DNA from: a bacterium
Lineage (GTDB): Bacteria; Margulisbacteria; Marinamargulisbacteria; GCA-2716485; JAYNIM01
Direction of reading: 5' to 3'
Assembly: GCA_038109055.1 (NCBI GenBank)
Contig: JAYNIM010000001.1
Span: forward strand, 299,365-363,364
DNA length: 64,000 bases
In this document: one piece after another, positions 52,882 to 62,163 of the stretch
How positions within the stretch are numbered: the stretch's first letter is position 1
Layout: the number at the start of each line of letters is the position of its first letter
Notes under the pieces: generated by a model
The model's input: only the letters and a program-made list of their open reading frames with translations
Told to the model about the DNA's origin: nothing
The model's database searches: none
Program-made: the position numbers and the translations under genes

Positions 52882-54387
52882 ATGATTTCTAAACTTAATA
52901 GCGCTGCTGTCATTGGTATCCAAGCTGTCTATGTTGGCATTGAAGTAGAGGCTGCACGAGGACTACCTAGTGAGCAGATTGTTGGATTGCCGGACAAGGC
53001 CATTCGAGAAAGTAAAAACCGTATTAAAGCAGCCATTAAGAGCTCTGGTTTTCGTTACCCAGTTATGGCCTTTACCATCAATTTATCACCTGCTGACTTA
53101 CCAAAGGAAGGCGCTCTATTCGACCTTCCTATTGCTGCGGCCATGCTCAAAGCTACACGTCAGCTAGTATTGCCTGATAATGTTTTTTTAGCTGGAGAAT
53201 TGGGCCTTGATGGCTACGTCCGCCCGATAAGAGGAGCCGTTTGTATCAGTTCGATGGTTAAAAATATGGGTTTCAAAACGCTTCTTCTTCCCTCTGAGAA
53301 TGCAAAAGAAGCTGCCTTAATTCCGGATATTGATGTGTTTGGTATCTCCTCGTTAAGCCAGCTCACATCCTTTTCTCGTTTACATAAAGTTGTTTCTGAC
53401 CCTCCTCATGTTTTTGCGTCTCCATCACTTCTTGATTTTGCTGATGTTAAAGGTCAGTTTGCTGCTAAGCGCGCATTGGAAATTGCAGCGACTGGCCATC
53501 ACAATATTTTATTTTCAGGCACTCCTGGATCTGGAAAAAGCATGCTTTTAAAGCGTTTACCTACCATTCTCCCGCCTTTATCCGATTCAGAATCTATTGA
53601 TTGCTTTAAGATTTCTAGCGTCACTCATCTATACAATAGTCAGAAGCAATTCACTTTATCCCGCCCTTTTCGCTCTCCACATCATAGTATTTCTTATGCA
53701 GCTATGGTTGGGGGTGGTAGCAGAGCTCTTCCAGGAGAAATTACCAAAAGTCATCACGGGGTGTTGTTTTTGGATGAGTTTCCTGAATTCAGCCGCCAGG
53801 TTATTGAGTCTTTACGTCAACCCCTTGAGGATCGACATATTACTATTTCTCGTGCTAATTCATCTATGACCTATCCAGCTAATGTTTTACTTGCTGCAAG
53901 CATGAATCCCTGTCCTTGTGGTTTTTATAATGATTCTCTCAAAGCCTGTATCTGTCAGCCCTCTGATATTCAGCGGTATTACAGGAAAATTTCAGGACCT
54001 ATCTCTGATAGGATTGATATTCATTTACTTATTCCTCGTTTAACGATGAAAGATTTTAATACCTCTGGCTTATCTTTACAGTCTTATTATACTTCTGAGC
54101 GCATGCGCCAACGTATTTTAAAGGCGAGACTTTTTCAATCTCAGCGCCATCAATCTTGTCCCAATTCTGATTTAAATGAGTCAGATATTCATTCTTTTTG
54201 CCAACTAGAAAAAAGCTGCCACGAACTTCTAATGCGCAGTATTGATCAAGGTTTTATTTCTGGCCGCTCATATACCTCTGTTCTTAAATTATCACGAAGT
54301 ATTGCTGATTTAGATCAACAAAAGACGATTTCTAAGGAATTTCTTTTAGAAGCGATGCAATATAAAAAAATTACCAAAACTGTATAA
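52882..54387 (+). CDS. comM: YifB/ComM Mg-chelatase-like AAA+ ATPase
   Basis: VGLPD, INLSPADLPKEG, GTPGSGKS, PFRSPHHS, FLDEFPEF, MNPCPCG. Confidence 0.93.
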   Translation: MISKLNSAAVIGIQAVYVGIEVEAARGLPSEQIVGLPDKAIRESKNRIKAAIKSSGFRYPVMAFTINLSPADLPKEGALFDLPIAAAMLKATRQLVLPDNVFLAGELGLDGYVRPIRGAVCISSMVKNMGFKTLLLPSENAKEAALIPDIDVFGISSLSQLTSFSRLHKVVSDPPHVFASPSLLDFADVKGQFAAKRALEIAATGHHNILFSGTPGSGKSMLLKRLPTILPPLSDSESIDCFKISSVTHLYNSQKQFTLSRPFRSPHHSISYAAMVGGGSRALPGEITKSHHGVLFLDEFPEFSRQVIESLRQPLEDRHITISRANSSMTYPANVLLAASMNPCPCGFYNDSLKACICQPSDIQRYYRKISGPISDRIDIHLLIPRLTMKDFNTSGLSLQSYYTSERMRQRILKARLFQSQRHQSCPNSDLNESDIHSFCQLEKSCHELLMRSIDQGFISGRSYTSVLKLSRSIADLDQQKTISKEFLLEAMQYKKITKTV

Positions 54388-54463
54388 GATAATTATGATT
54401 ATTTCGTGCTATGACACTCTGTATCATTACGTAGCACTCTATTCAAAACTCCCTTAAAATATT

Positions 54464-54895
54464 TTACTTAACTTTTAAAGATTGTGCCATTTCTCCGAAT
54501 GAAAACCCAAAATTAGATTCTTTTTTTCTAGGCTCACTGGTTTCTTCTACTCTGTCTTCGCTGGCTACTTCGGCATCTTCTTCCTTATTATTACTACCAT
54601 AATCCTGCAAATATTTTCTGTGATTTTCGTAACCGCCATCATCTTTTTGTTCTATGGCATTCTCATTATTATATGCATCTTCATTTTGTAATTCATGTTT
54701 TTTGGGTTCTGCAATATCTCTTGCGTACTTTCTTAGAGCTGACCCTTGGATTCCAAACTTTTTATTAAATTCATTTGCATCTAATATATATCCTTCGCTA
54801 TCTTCATCTACATAAGCAAGGCAAGGTAATACGCATAAAAAAATGATTGTTGATACGATAACACAGCTCTTTGTTATCTCATATTCTTCTTTCAT
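54464..54895 (-). CDS. Hypothetical exported acidic protein
   Basis: Signal-like N-terminus; no family motif. Confidence 0.55.
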   Translation of the reverse strand: MKEEYEITKSCVIVSTIIFLCVLPCLAYVDEDSEGYILDANEFNKKFGIQGSALRKYARDIAEPKKHELQNEDAYNNENAIEQKDDGGYENHRKYLQDYGSNNKEEDAEVASEDRVEETSEPRKKESNFGFSFGEMAQSLKVK

Positions 54896-54931
54896 CTTTG
54901 CATTGTAAACCTACTCTATAAATGCAACAAG

Positions 54932-55330
54932 TTACTTTTCTGTTATATCTATAAAATCATCAATTTCTGATATCGTTTTCTCGTGGAAACCCTCCTTAAT
55001 TAGTTGATCTTTTAATCGGTCTTCATCTTCTTCTTTTTTCGTTATCTCCTGACACATTACATTTAGCATTTTTGCAAAACTCTCTTCCTTTTTTATTTTT
55101 GACTCATAATTAAATGCGACTTTCTCCCCTTCAATTTCTATGACTAATTTTAGCCCATTTTCTAAATCAATCTCATCTCTTTTCTCCTCTTCATTTTGAA
55201 GATGTGTAATTAGATTGACTATCTGATCATTGTTTTGTTCGAATATTTTTATTAATTCTTTTTCTATTATTTCTGTCTTTGAACTTAACTTTAGTCCTTT
55301 AAGTTCAATAAAATATTCTGACAAATCCAT
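54932..55330 (-). CDS. Hypothetical acidic protein
   Basis: G-rich RBS; 132 aa; no motif. Confidence 0.55.
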   Translation of the reverse strand: MDLSEYFIELKGLKLSSKTEIIEKELIKIFEQNNDQIVNLITHLQNEEEKRDEIDLENGLKLVIEIEGEKVAFNYESKIKKEESFAKMLNVMCQEITKKEEDEDRLKDQLIKEGFHEKTISEIDDFIDITEK

Positions 55331-55393
55331 TATCTCCCCCCCCTTGTATTTCTTTATGCCCTGTTTTTTAGTCTTTTAAACGTTTTATTTTTT

Positions 55394-56011
55394 TTATAAC
55401 TGAACAACTTCTACCAAATCTGGTACGGACTCTTTAATACGACTTTCTATACCCATTTTTAGAGTCATGGTAGATGATGGACATGTGCTACACGCACCTT
55501 GAAGTTCCAGTGTTAGAATACCATTTTCATAGCTATAGAATTGACAGTCTCCTCCATCCATAGCAATCGCAGGCCGTATTTCATCATCTAAAATTTGCTT
55601 AATAGTTTTCACAACTTCGCTATCATCTTCTGATTTGCTAGCGAGATTATTAAGGAGTTCTTCGGATAAGATGATTTCGTTTTCTGTTATACAGCGCTTT
55701 ATGGTATTACTGGCATCTTCTAATACATCTTCCCAGCCACAAACATCCGTTTTCGTAACCGCAATAAAATTACACCCAAACATCACTTGTTCGATCCCGT
55801 TAATATCAAGCAATTCTTTGGCCAGAATGGCCCCTTCAACATCTGAATTTTTAGTAAAAGTTAGGCTACCTTTTTCAAGAATTTTCCTATTTATCAAAAA
55901 TTTTATGGCATTAGGATTAGGCGTTGGCATTGCCGATATATCAAGCTCTTCTTTATTTTTCATCTTTGTCCTTTTTTCATTGATTATTTGTGATTTCTTT
56001 TTATTTGTCAA
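55394..56011 (-). CDS. Nfu-type Fe-S scaffold (Nfu_N plus NifU-C)
   Basis: TPNPNAIKF; IRPAIAMDGGD, GACSTCPSS..TLK.GIE. Start may be 55963. Confidence 0.9.
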   Translation of the reverse strand: MTNKKKSQIINEKRTKMKNKEELDISAMPTPNPNAIKFLINRKILEKGSLTFTKNSDVEGAILAKELLDINGIEQVMFGCNFIAVTKTDVCGWEDVLEDASNTIKRCITENEIILSEELLNNLASKSEDDSEVVKTIKQILDDEIRPAIAMDGGDCQFYSYENGILTLELQGACSTCPSSTMTLKMGIESRIKESVPDLVEVVQL

Positions 56012-56026
56012 TTTTTGCGCATTATT

Positions 56027-56653
56027 TTATTTAAGAGTATTTTTTTGACAGTTCATATTAATACAGCATCGACGACAATCCGCTTTCCTGGCTGTACAGA
56101 TTGCTCGTCCGTGTAAAATTAATAAACTTGAAAGATCTGTCCATATATTTTTGGGCCAACATTGCATCAATTCATACTCTTTTTTGACCGGATCTTTCTG
56201 TAATGAAAAGCCTATTCGTGTACTTAATCGGTTCACATGCGTATCTACGGTTATAGCGGATTCATTGAATACTTGACCTCGTAGTACATTCGCAGTTTTT
56301 CTCCCTACACCAGGAAGCTTCACTAATAATGATAGTTCTTTGGGAACTACACCTTTATATTCTTTTGTAATAATCCTAGCAGTTTCTTTGATATTTATTG
56401 CTTTATTATTAAAAAAATTTATACTTTTTATTTTTTCTTTTATGTCGTCTAATGCTGCCTGACTTAAGTTCTGAGCTGTTGGATAAGCGTTGAATAATTC
56501 TGGAGTTACTTTATTGACACGTTCATCGGTGCATTGCGCTGATAATATAACGGCTATTAATAATTGAAAGGGAGACTCATGATTCAGGAATGTTCCGACA
56601 TCACCATATTCTGTTCTTAATTTTCTATAAATAACTAACGCAGTCTCTTTAAT
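56027..56653 (-). CDS. nth: Endonuclease III (start codon non-canonical or uncertain)
   Basis: Open frame extends well upstream of the track's GTG: SPFQLLIAVILSAQCTDERVN, LPGVGRKTAN, VDTHV, C-x6-C-x2-C-x5-C. Confidence 0.88.
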   Translation of the reverse strand: MKETALVIYRKLRTEYGDVGTFLNHESPFQLLIAVILSAQCTDERVNKVTPELFNAYPTAQNLSQAALDDIKEKIKSINFFNNKAINIKETARIITKEYKGVVPKELSLLVKLPGVGRKTANVLRGQVFNESAITVDTHVNRLSTRIGFSLQKDPVKKEYELMQCWPKNIWTDLSSLLILHGRAICTARKADCRRCCINMNCQKNTLK

Positions 56654-56660
56654 AAAGTAC

Positions 56661-57446
56661 TCACCTTAACATCAACTCTATACCTACAGGACAGTGATCA
56701 GACCCCATTACTGATTGTCTGATAAAGGCATTTTTGACGTAGGGCATACAGTCCTTTGTCACAAAAAAATAATCAATACGCCATCCGACATTGTTAGTTC
56801 GTGCTCTTGCACGATAGCTCCACCAAGAATACTGATTGGGCTCTTTATTAAATGCTCGAAATGTATCGATGTAACCATACTGTTCAATCATACGATCAAT
56901 CCACTCTCTCTCTACTTTCATAAATCCTGATGTATGTTCATTTTGTTTAGGTCTAGCTAAATCTATTTCTGTATGTGCCGTATTATAATCACCGCAAATC
57001 ACGAGATGCTTACCTTCCTTCTTAAGTTCTTCACAGTAGTCAAAAAAATCCTGATAAAAATCTAACTTATACTGTAGTCGTTCGTCATCTCTTTGCCCAT
57101 TTGGGAAATAACAATTTAACAAAAAAAACTCGTCATATTCGCTAATTAATACTCTGCCTTCTGTGTCATATTTCTTATTCCCAAACCCTTCTATAACAGT
57201 TTTAGGCTTTGGTTTTGTAAATGTTGCAACCCCACTATAGCCTTTGCGATCAGCACTATGCCAACTACTATGATAGTTTGGTAAATCTGTCATGTGGGGG
57301 GCTAAATCACTTCTTAATGCTTTTATCTCTTGTATCCCTAAAACATCCGGATTTTCTTGCTCGATAAATTCGAAAAAGCAATTTTTCTTAATACAGGCCC
57401 GAATGCCATTTACATTCCAAGATATTAGTTTGAGATTTTTCTTCAT
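56661..57446 (-). CDS. xth: Exodeoxyribonuclease III / AP endonuclease
   Basis: SWNVNGIRA, QEIK, GYSGVA, GDYNTAH, GWRIDYF, GSDHCP. Confidence 0.96.
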   Translation of the reverse strand: MKKNLKLISWNVNGIRACIKKNCFFEFIEQENPDVLGIQEIKALRSDLAPHMTDLPNYHSSWHSADRKGYSGVATFTKPKPKTVIEGFGNKKYDTEGRVLISEYDEFFLLNCYFPNGQRDDERLQYKLDFYQDFFDYCEELKKEGKHLVICGDYNTAHTEIDLARPKQNEHTSGFMKVEREWIDRMIEQYGYIDTFRAFNKEPNQYSWWSYRARARTNNVGWRIDYFFVTKDCMPYVKNAFIRQSVMGSDHCPVGIELMLR

Positions 57447-57887
57447 TTTATAAATTTATACCTTTCCTTTGAGGCTTTACTTTAGATTGTTTCCACAATT
57501 TTTTCAACGTATTTTTATCCCCTTCGCTTAACTATTAATTTGTGATATTCACACTATCACTTCCAACCAATGTTATCTTTACAATCTCCATTGTTGCTTT
57601 ATCTTGTTTTCGTTTTATATCCTCTACAATTATTCGCTTAAAATCCCTTTATCAGAATATTTGCAACCTATGCTTGCTGAATGATTTTTTTGGATAGGCC
57701 TTTAGCTAAATCTTTTTCTCCCTTAGTCAGGGTTTCTATAAAATCATCCATTTAAATATTTTTTTACTAACAGAACAACGCCATTTTTTGTTTTTTTCTA
57801 CCATTTCAAGGTATTAAAACAATTTATCAACTATTAGTTTTGTTTAGTTTCTTTTAATTCTATTTTTTTTGTATTACTATTGGATAT

Positions 57888-58163
57888 ATGTCCATAAATC
57901 AGTTACCTCCTAGTAATTCCTCGGGTCTTAATCCTAATTCTTCTTCAGAGGCCGCTTCAGTTAGTTTTTTTGGCTCTTTAGAGGCAAAAAAAATGAGTAA
58001 GGGCAGTATTAAAAATATGGTTATGGGTATGGCGGAGATAGCTGCCTCAATGGGTCAAACAAATGATATTGAAGGATATGCTGAGATGATGTCTGAAGAT
58101 ATTTATGAATCTATTAAAAAGGTTGAGAGAAAAAAGAAACGAAAGAAAGGCAATACTCCATAG
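57888..58163 (+). CDS. Small hypothetical protein
   Basis: S/N/P-rich N-terminus, basic C-terminus; TACTAT-N7-ATG. Confidence 0.55.
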   Translation: MSINQLPPSNSSGLNPNSSSEAASVSFFGSLEAKKMSKGSIKNMVMGMAEIAASMGQTNDIEGYAEMMSEDIYESIKKVERKKKRKKGNTP

Positions 58164-58164
58164 A

Positions 58165-60285
58165 CTAGGTCTCATTTTCACCTAATTTTGTCGCTATAAA
58201 GTGTAGTATCTTTTTAACTTTCAAAGGTAGTTTACCAAAACGATCACGTAGCGTATGTCTTAACTCAATAAGCTCTTCTTCCCTCTGAACTATTTGTATT
58301 TGTTTGTAAAACCACTGTCTATCTTGATCTCCACTCATGTAGTCACTTGGCAGGCTATATAATCTTGGATTTAAATTTATTTTTCTTTTTTGCGTTTCAT
58401 TCCTCAGTCTGCTTAATGTCTCCTCAATCATTTTACAATATAATGAAAATCCCACATCAAATATATGACCATGTTGTTGCTGACCAAACATGGCTCCTGC
58501 GCCCCTGATTTCTAAGTCTTTCATTGCTAGCGTATACCCAGACCCTAATACGGCAGACGCTTTGATTGCCCTCAATCTTTTTTTTGCTTTTTCTGTCATC
58601 TCCTCTTCTTTGTTTATGAGTAAGTAAGCGATTCCTTGCCTATGCCCCCTTCCTACTCGTCCTCTGAGCTGATGTATTTGTGCTAAACCAAAGTTTTGTG
58701 CTTCATCGATTATCAGAGTATTTGCATTGTGAATATCTAGTCCATTTTCTATGATTGTTGAACATAATAAAACTTGACTCTCACCTTTGATAAAGGATTG
58801 CATTATTTTTGATAATGCCTGAGCGGATAATTGACCATGTGCTATATCGATTTTTATGTTTGGACATAAGGTGCTTAGATATTTTTTCTTTTTCTCCATA
58901 TTTTCTATATTGTTATATACATAAAATACTTGTCCTTTTTTCGAAACCTCTTTCTCTATTGCTTGTTTTATTATCCGATCTTCTCGTAGTGATAAAATGG
59001 TTGTTACTGCTTTTCTTCCTTTTGGAGCTGTGGATATTTTTGAAATATCTTTGGCGCCGGTTAAGGCATGATATAGTGTTCTTGGAATGGGCGTAGCTGA
59101 TAAGGTCATAACATTAATATTGTTCTTGAGATGTTTTATTCGTTCTTTATGCCTTACTCCGAATCGTTGTTCTTCGTCTATTACCAATAAGCCAAGATTC
59201 GCAAATTTGACATCGTTTTGTAGTACACGATGTGTTCCAACTAATATATCTATTTGCTGTTTTTCTATCTGTTTAAGATAAATTTTCTGTAAAGATGGCT
59301 CAATTAAACGTGATAATTGCGCTACTTTTATAGGGAATTTCTCTAATCTTTTTTTTATATTTTTTTCATGTTGCTGAGCTAATATTGTTGTGGGCACTAA
59401 TATTAATACTTGTTTATCATTCTCTACTGTCTTAAAAGCGGCTCTCATCATTACCTCCGTCTTTCCGTATCCCACGTCACCACAAATCAGACGATCCATC
59501 ACCCTACCATCTTCCATCTCTTCTTTTATTTCTGTTACGGCCCTTCTTTGATCTTTTGTTAACTCAAACTCACATTGATTCTCGAAATCAAGCTGCCATA
59601 AACTATCTTCTTTATATTTTATCCCCTTCGTCTCTCTCCTTTTTTTATGACAATGATAGATGTCTTCTAGCATTGTATTCAGCTGTGTTTGAACTCTTGC
59701 TTTTTTCTTTGACCATTCTCCTCGATAGAGGTGAGTCAGTGTTGCCTTTTCTTGTTCATTGTAGGGGTGTATTTTTTCTAAATTATCAATACTGATATAT
59801 AAATGGTCACTGTCTTTAAACTTTAATTCAAAAAACTCCCCTTGTAGCGATGTTGTTTTTATGTGCTTTAAGCCTTTGTATTGGGCAATGCCGTGATCCT
59901 CGTGGACGACATAGTCATCGATTTCAAAATGTTGGAACTCTGTTTTTGGATGTTTTGTTTGCTCTAATTGTAAAGGATCTTGTTTCTTTGGAACGCTCTG
60001 CACTTTTATCTCGTCTTCCTCTTTTTTACTTCTCTGGGTCTCTATGTCAAATTGACTTAGTCGCTCTATACAGTTGCCGTTATATTCAATACGATTAGGA
60101 TGTTTGTTTGTGTACCCAAATATATCAATAATTTCACCCCTTACAGCAAATTCACCTCTTACTAACACCATGTCTACCCTGCTATACCCTAAGTGACTTA
60201 ATGTTTCTATTAAGTCTGTATAATTGACAGTGTTTTGTTTTGTAATGTTAAAAATTTTTTTGTGCTTGTCTTTAGCAGTTTTCAT
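58165..60285 (-). CDS. mfd: Transcription-repair coupling factor, compact form
   Basis: EFAVRGEIIDIF, VVHEDHGIA.Y.G, CGDVGYGKT, DEEQRFG, SATPIPRT, QLRGRVGR, DLEIRGAG. Confidence 0.9.
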   Translation of the reverse strand: MKTAKDKHKKIFNITKQNTVNYTDLIETLSHLGYSRVDMVLVRGEFAVRGEIIDIFGYTNKHPNRIEYNGNCIERLSQFDIETQRSKKEEDEIKVQSVPKKQDPLQLEQTKHPKTEFQHFEIDDYVVHEDHGIAQYKGLKHIKTTSLQGEFFELKFKDSDHLYISIDNLEKIHPYNEQEKATLTHLYRGEWSKKKARVQTQLNTMLEDIYHCHKKRRETKGIKYKEDSLWQLDFENQCEFELTKDQRRAVTEIKEEMEDGRVMDRLICGDVGYGKTEVMMRAAFKTVENDKQVLILVPTTILAQQHEKNIKKRLEKFPIKVAQLSRLIEPSLQKIYLKQIEKQQIDILVGTHRVLQNDVKFANLGLLVIDEEQRFGVRHKERIKHLKNNINVMTLSATPIPRTLYHALTGAKDISKISTAPKGRKAVTTILSLREDRIIKQAIEKEVSKKGQVFYVYNNIENMEKKKKYLSTLCPNIKIDIAHGQLSAQALSKIMQSFIKGESQVLLCSTIIENGLDIHNANTLIIDEAQNFGLAQIHQLRGRVGRGHRQGIAYLLINKEEEMTEKAKKRLRAIKASAVLGSGYTLAMKDLEIRGAGAMFGQQQHGHIFDVGFSLYCKMIEETLSRLRNETQKRKINLNPRLYSLPSDYMSGDQDRQWFYKQIQIVQREEELIELRHTLRDRFGKLPLKVKKILHFIATKLGENET

Positions 60286-60973
60286 TTTTGGGTGTTACGC
60301 TAAAAATGACAGCGTTTATTGTTTTTGGTTTGTAGATTAATATTTTTTTTGCTACGGCCTCTACACTTGCCCCTGTTGTTAAAATATCATCATAAATGAC
60401 AACGTTTTTATTTTCTATTTGCCCTGCGTTTGCATTGTCAATTTCAAATGCATTCTTTAAAGCCGCTTTTCTTTTTTGATGATTTAATGTGTATAGGTAA
60501 GGTGTGTTTTTGGTTCGATAAACCAGCTGTTTATTTATCTGCTTCATAGGGATGCACCTGTCAAATAACACGTCTAACACATCATACCCTCTTTCCTTAT
60601 ATCGTTTTTTATGACTGGGTACGGGAACCCATAACGTTGACATGTCTACTACGCTCTTAAGATCATCTATTCGCTCCTTGATAGATCTATTTAGTCGTTT
60701 TCCCATCGCCATATTTTTATTAAATTTCAGCTCATGTAGTGCTGACTTTATACATTGATGGTAGTCTGCAAAATACCAAATCTTGTTTATCCCCCTTATA
60801 TGCATCGGATCTGTTTGGAGTAATAATGTAAACTCTTTTTCACAAGTCGTACATACTAGATCTAAACAAAGTTTTCGACATCCATAACATTGATTTGGAA
60901 AACAGTATTTTAATACAGTGATTACTTTATTTTTAGCGATTATCGCTTTTTCTTTTAATGTCATTCTCCCCAC
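60272..60973 (-). CDS. comF: ComF family phosphoribosyltransferase-like protein
   Basis: CYGC...CTTC, PVP...R..ERGY, YDDILTTGAS. Confidence 0.85.
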   Translation of the reverse strand: MGRMTLKEKAIIAKNKVITVLKYCFPNQCYGCRKLCLDLVCTTCEKEFTLLLQTDPMHIRGINKIWYFADYHQCIKSALHELKFNKNMAMGKRLNRSIKERIDDLKSVVDMSTLWVPVPSHKKRYKERGYDVLDVLFDRCIPMKQINKQLVYRTKNTPYLYTLNHQKRKAALKNAFEIDNANAGQIENKNVVIYDDILTTGASVEAVAKKILIYKPKTINAVIFSVTPKNENC

Positions 60974-60982
60974 GTTTTTGAC

Positions 60983-61510
60983 CTATATAAGTTGATTTAA
61001 TCGTTTTAACAAGGCCCTTTTTTTACGTATAGAAAAGGGAGATAAAAAATTCATGCTTGCTAATTCTAATATAATTTCTCTTCGTTCACGGTCTAACTCT
61101 GCCTCTGCCTCCAAATCCTTAAGACGATGTCTTAATATTGGTTCTATTTTTGCGTTTTGTGTTTCCAAAAATTGTATACGATTTTTTAAATCAGCTATAT
61201 GTTCCTTCTGTTGACGTAATTGTGCATGTTTATCTATTTGCTCATTTACAATACCTTCGTCTGTCTGTTCTCTTTCCTCTAAACGTAACGTTGTATTTAT
61301 TTTTATTTTGGCATTCTTTTTAGACCTTAAATACTTGTCTAGTGCCTCCTGAGAAACTAAATATTTAGGGGCGCCTCTTCCAGATTTATCTGGATCAAGA
61401 TATTCCGCGACTAGTGATCCTTCCTGTATCGCTTTTTTAAGTTTGTATTTACTTAATTTCCCCAAGGTCATTTTCTCTATTTCGTATATGCTATATTTTC
61501 CCTTTTTCAT
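60983..61510 (-). CDS. Hypothetical protein, possible winged HTH plus coiled coil
   Basis: N-terminus (YSIYEI...KAIQEGSL.A...KYLVSQEALDKY) resembles excisionase-type HTH; C-terminal coiled coil. Confidence 0.5.
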   Translation of the reverse strand: MKKGKYSIYEIEKMTLGKLSKYKLKKAIQEGSLVAEYLDPDKSGRGAPKYLVSQEALDKYLRSKKNAKIKINTTLRLEEREQTDEGIVNEQIDKHAQLRQQKEHIADLKNRIQFLETQNAKIEPILRHRLKDLEAEAELDRERREIILELASMNFLSPFSIRKKRALLKRLNQLI

Positions 61511-61596
61511 TTTTTTACCTATTTTTCACATTGATTCTAGTTAATGCTCTATTTATTTTCAATGACGATTTTTGCTTCTTTTGCTATTCTATTCGT

Positions 61597-62163
61597 ATGT
61601 TAAGATTATTTTTACTTTCATTCGGCACATTATTCTGTTTATTTGCCTGTTCAAAGCCCCCCACTTATACCAAGACGGTGATACCTAAAGAAAATTATGG
61701 TTCCTTACTGGAGACTCCTTCCACTCAAAAGGATAAGCATCCTTCATCTCCTATTAACTGGCAGTCCCCCTCTACCTGGACATCTATTCCTTTATCCACT
61801 TTTAACAAAGCTAAATTCCAGATTTCGGAAGATACTCAACTTTCTGTTTCTTCCTTTCCGGGTTCTGCGGGTGGTTTATTATCAAATATTAATCGCTGGC
61901 GACAACAACTTGCTTTGTTACCTATTAAAATTACGCAGTTGGCAGACTATTGTGAAACCTTCAAAAGTGACTTTACAACCTTTACGATGGTGAGTCTTGT
62001 CTCTCAACATGATAATGAAGACGAACGAAGAGCTATCTTTGCGGCTATTTTTGTATATAAGAATGATACTTGGTTTGTAAAATGTATGGGCTTAAAACGT
62101 GATGTTGATGCAAACAAGCAACGTATTTATGATTTTATAACTACCTTTAATGTCGATGATTAA
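61597..62163 (+). CDS. Lipoprotein preceding cytochrome c biogenesis genes
   Basis: Lipobox LFAC; GGLLSNINRWRQQL, TWFVKCMG; overlaps the resB-like gene. Confidence 0.65.
   Translation: MLRLFLLSFGTLFCLFACSKPPTYTKTVIPKENYGSLLETPSTQKDKHPSSPINWQSPSTWTSIPLSTFNKAKFQISEDTQLSVSSFPGSAGGLLSNINRWRQQLALLPIKITQLADYCETFKSDFTTFTMVSLVSQHDNEDERRAIFAAIFVYKNDTWFVKCMGLKRDVDANKQRIYDFITTFNVDD

Noticed and set aside
60983..61510. Excisionase-like HTH as evidence of a prophage
   Set aside because: No phage or integrase genes nearby; it heads the comF-mfd operon.
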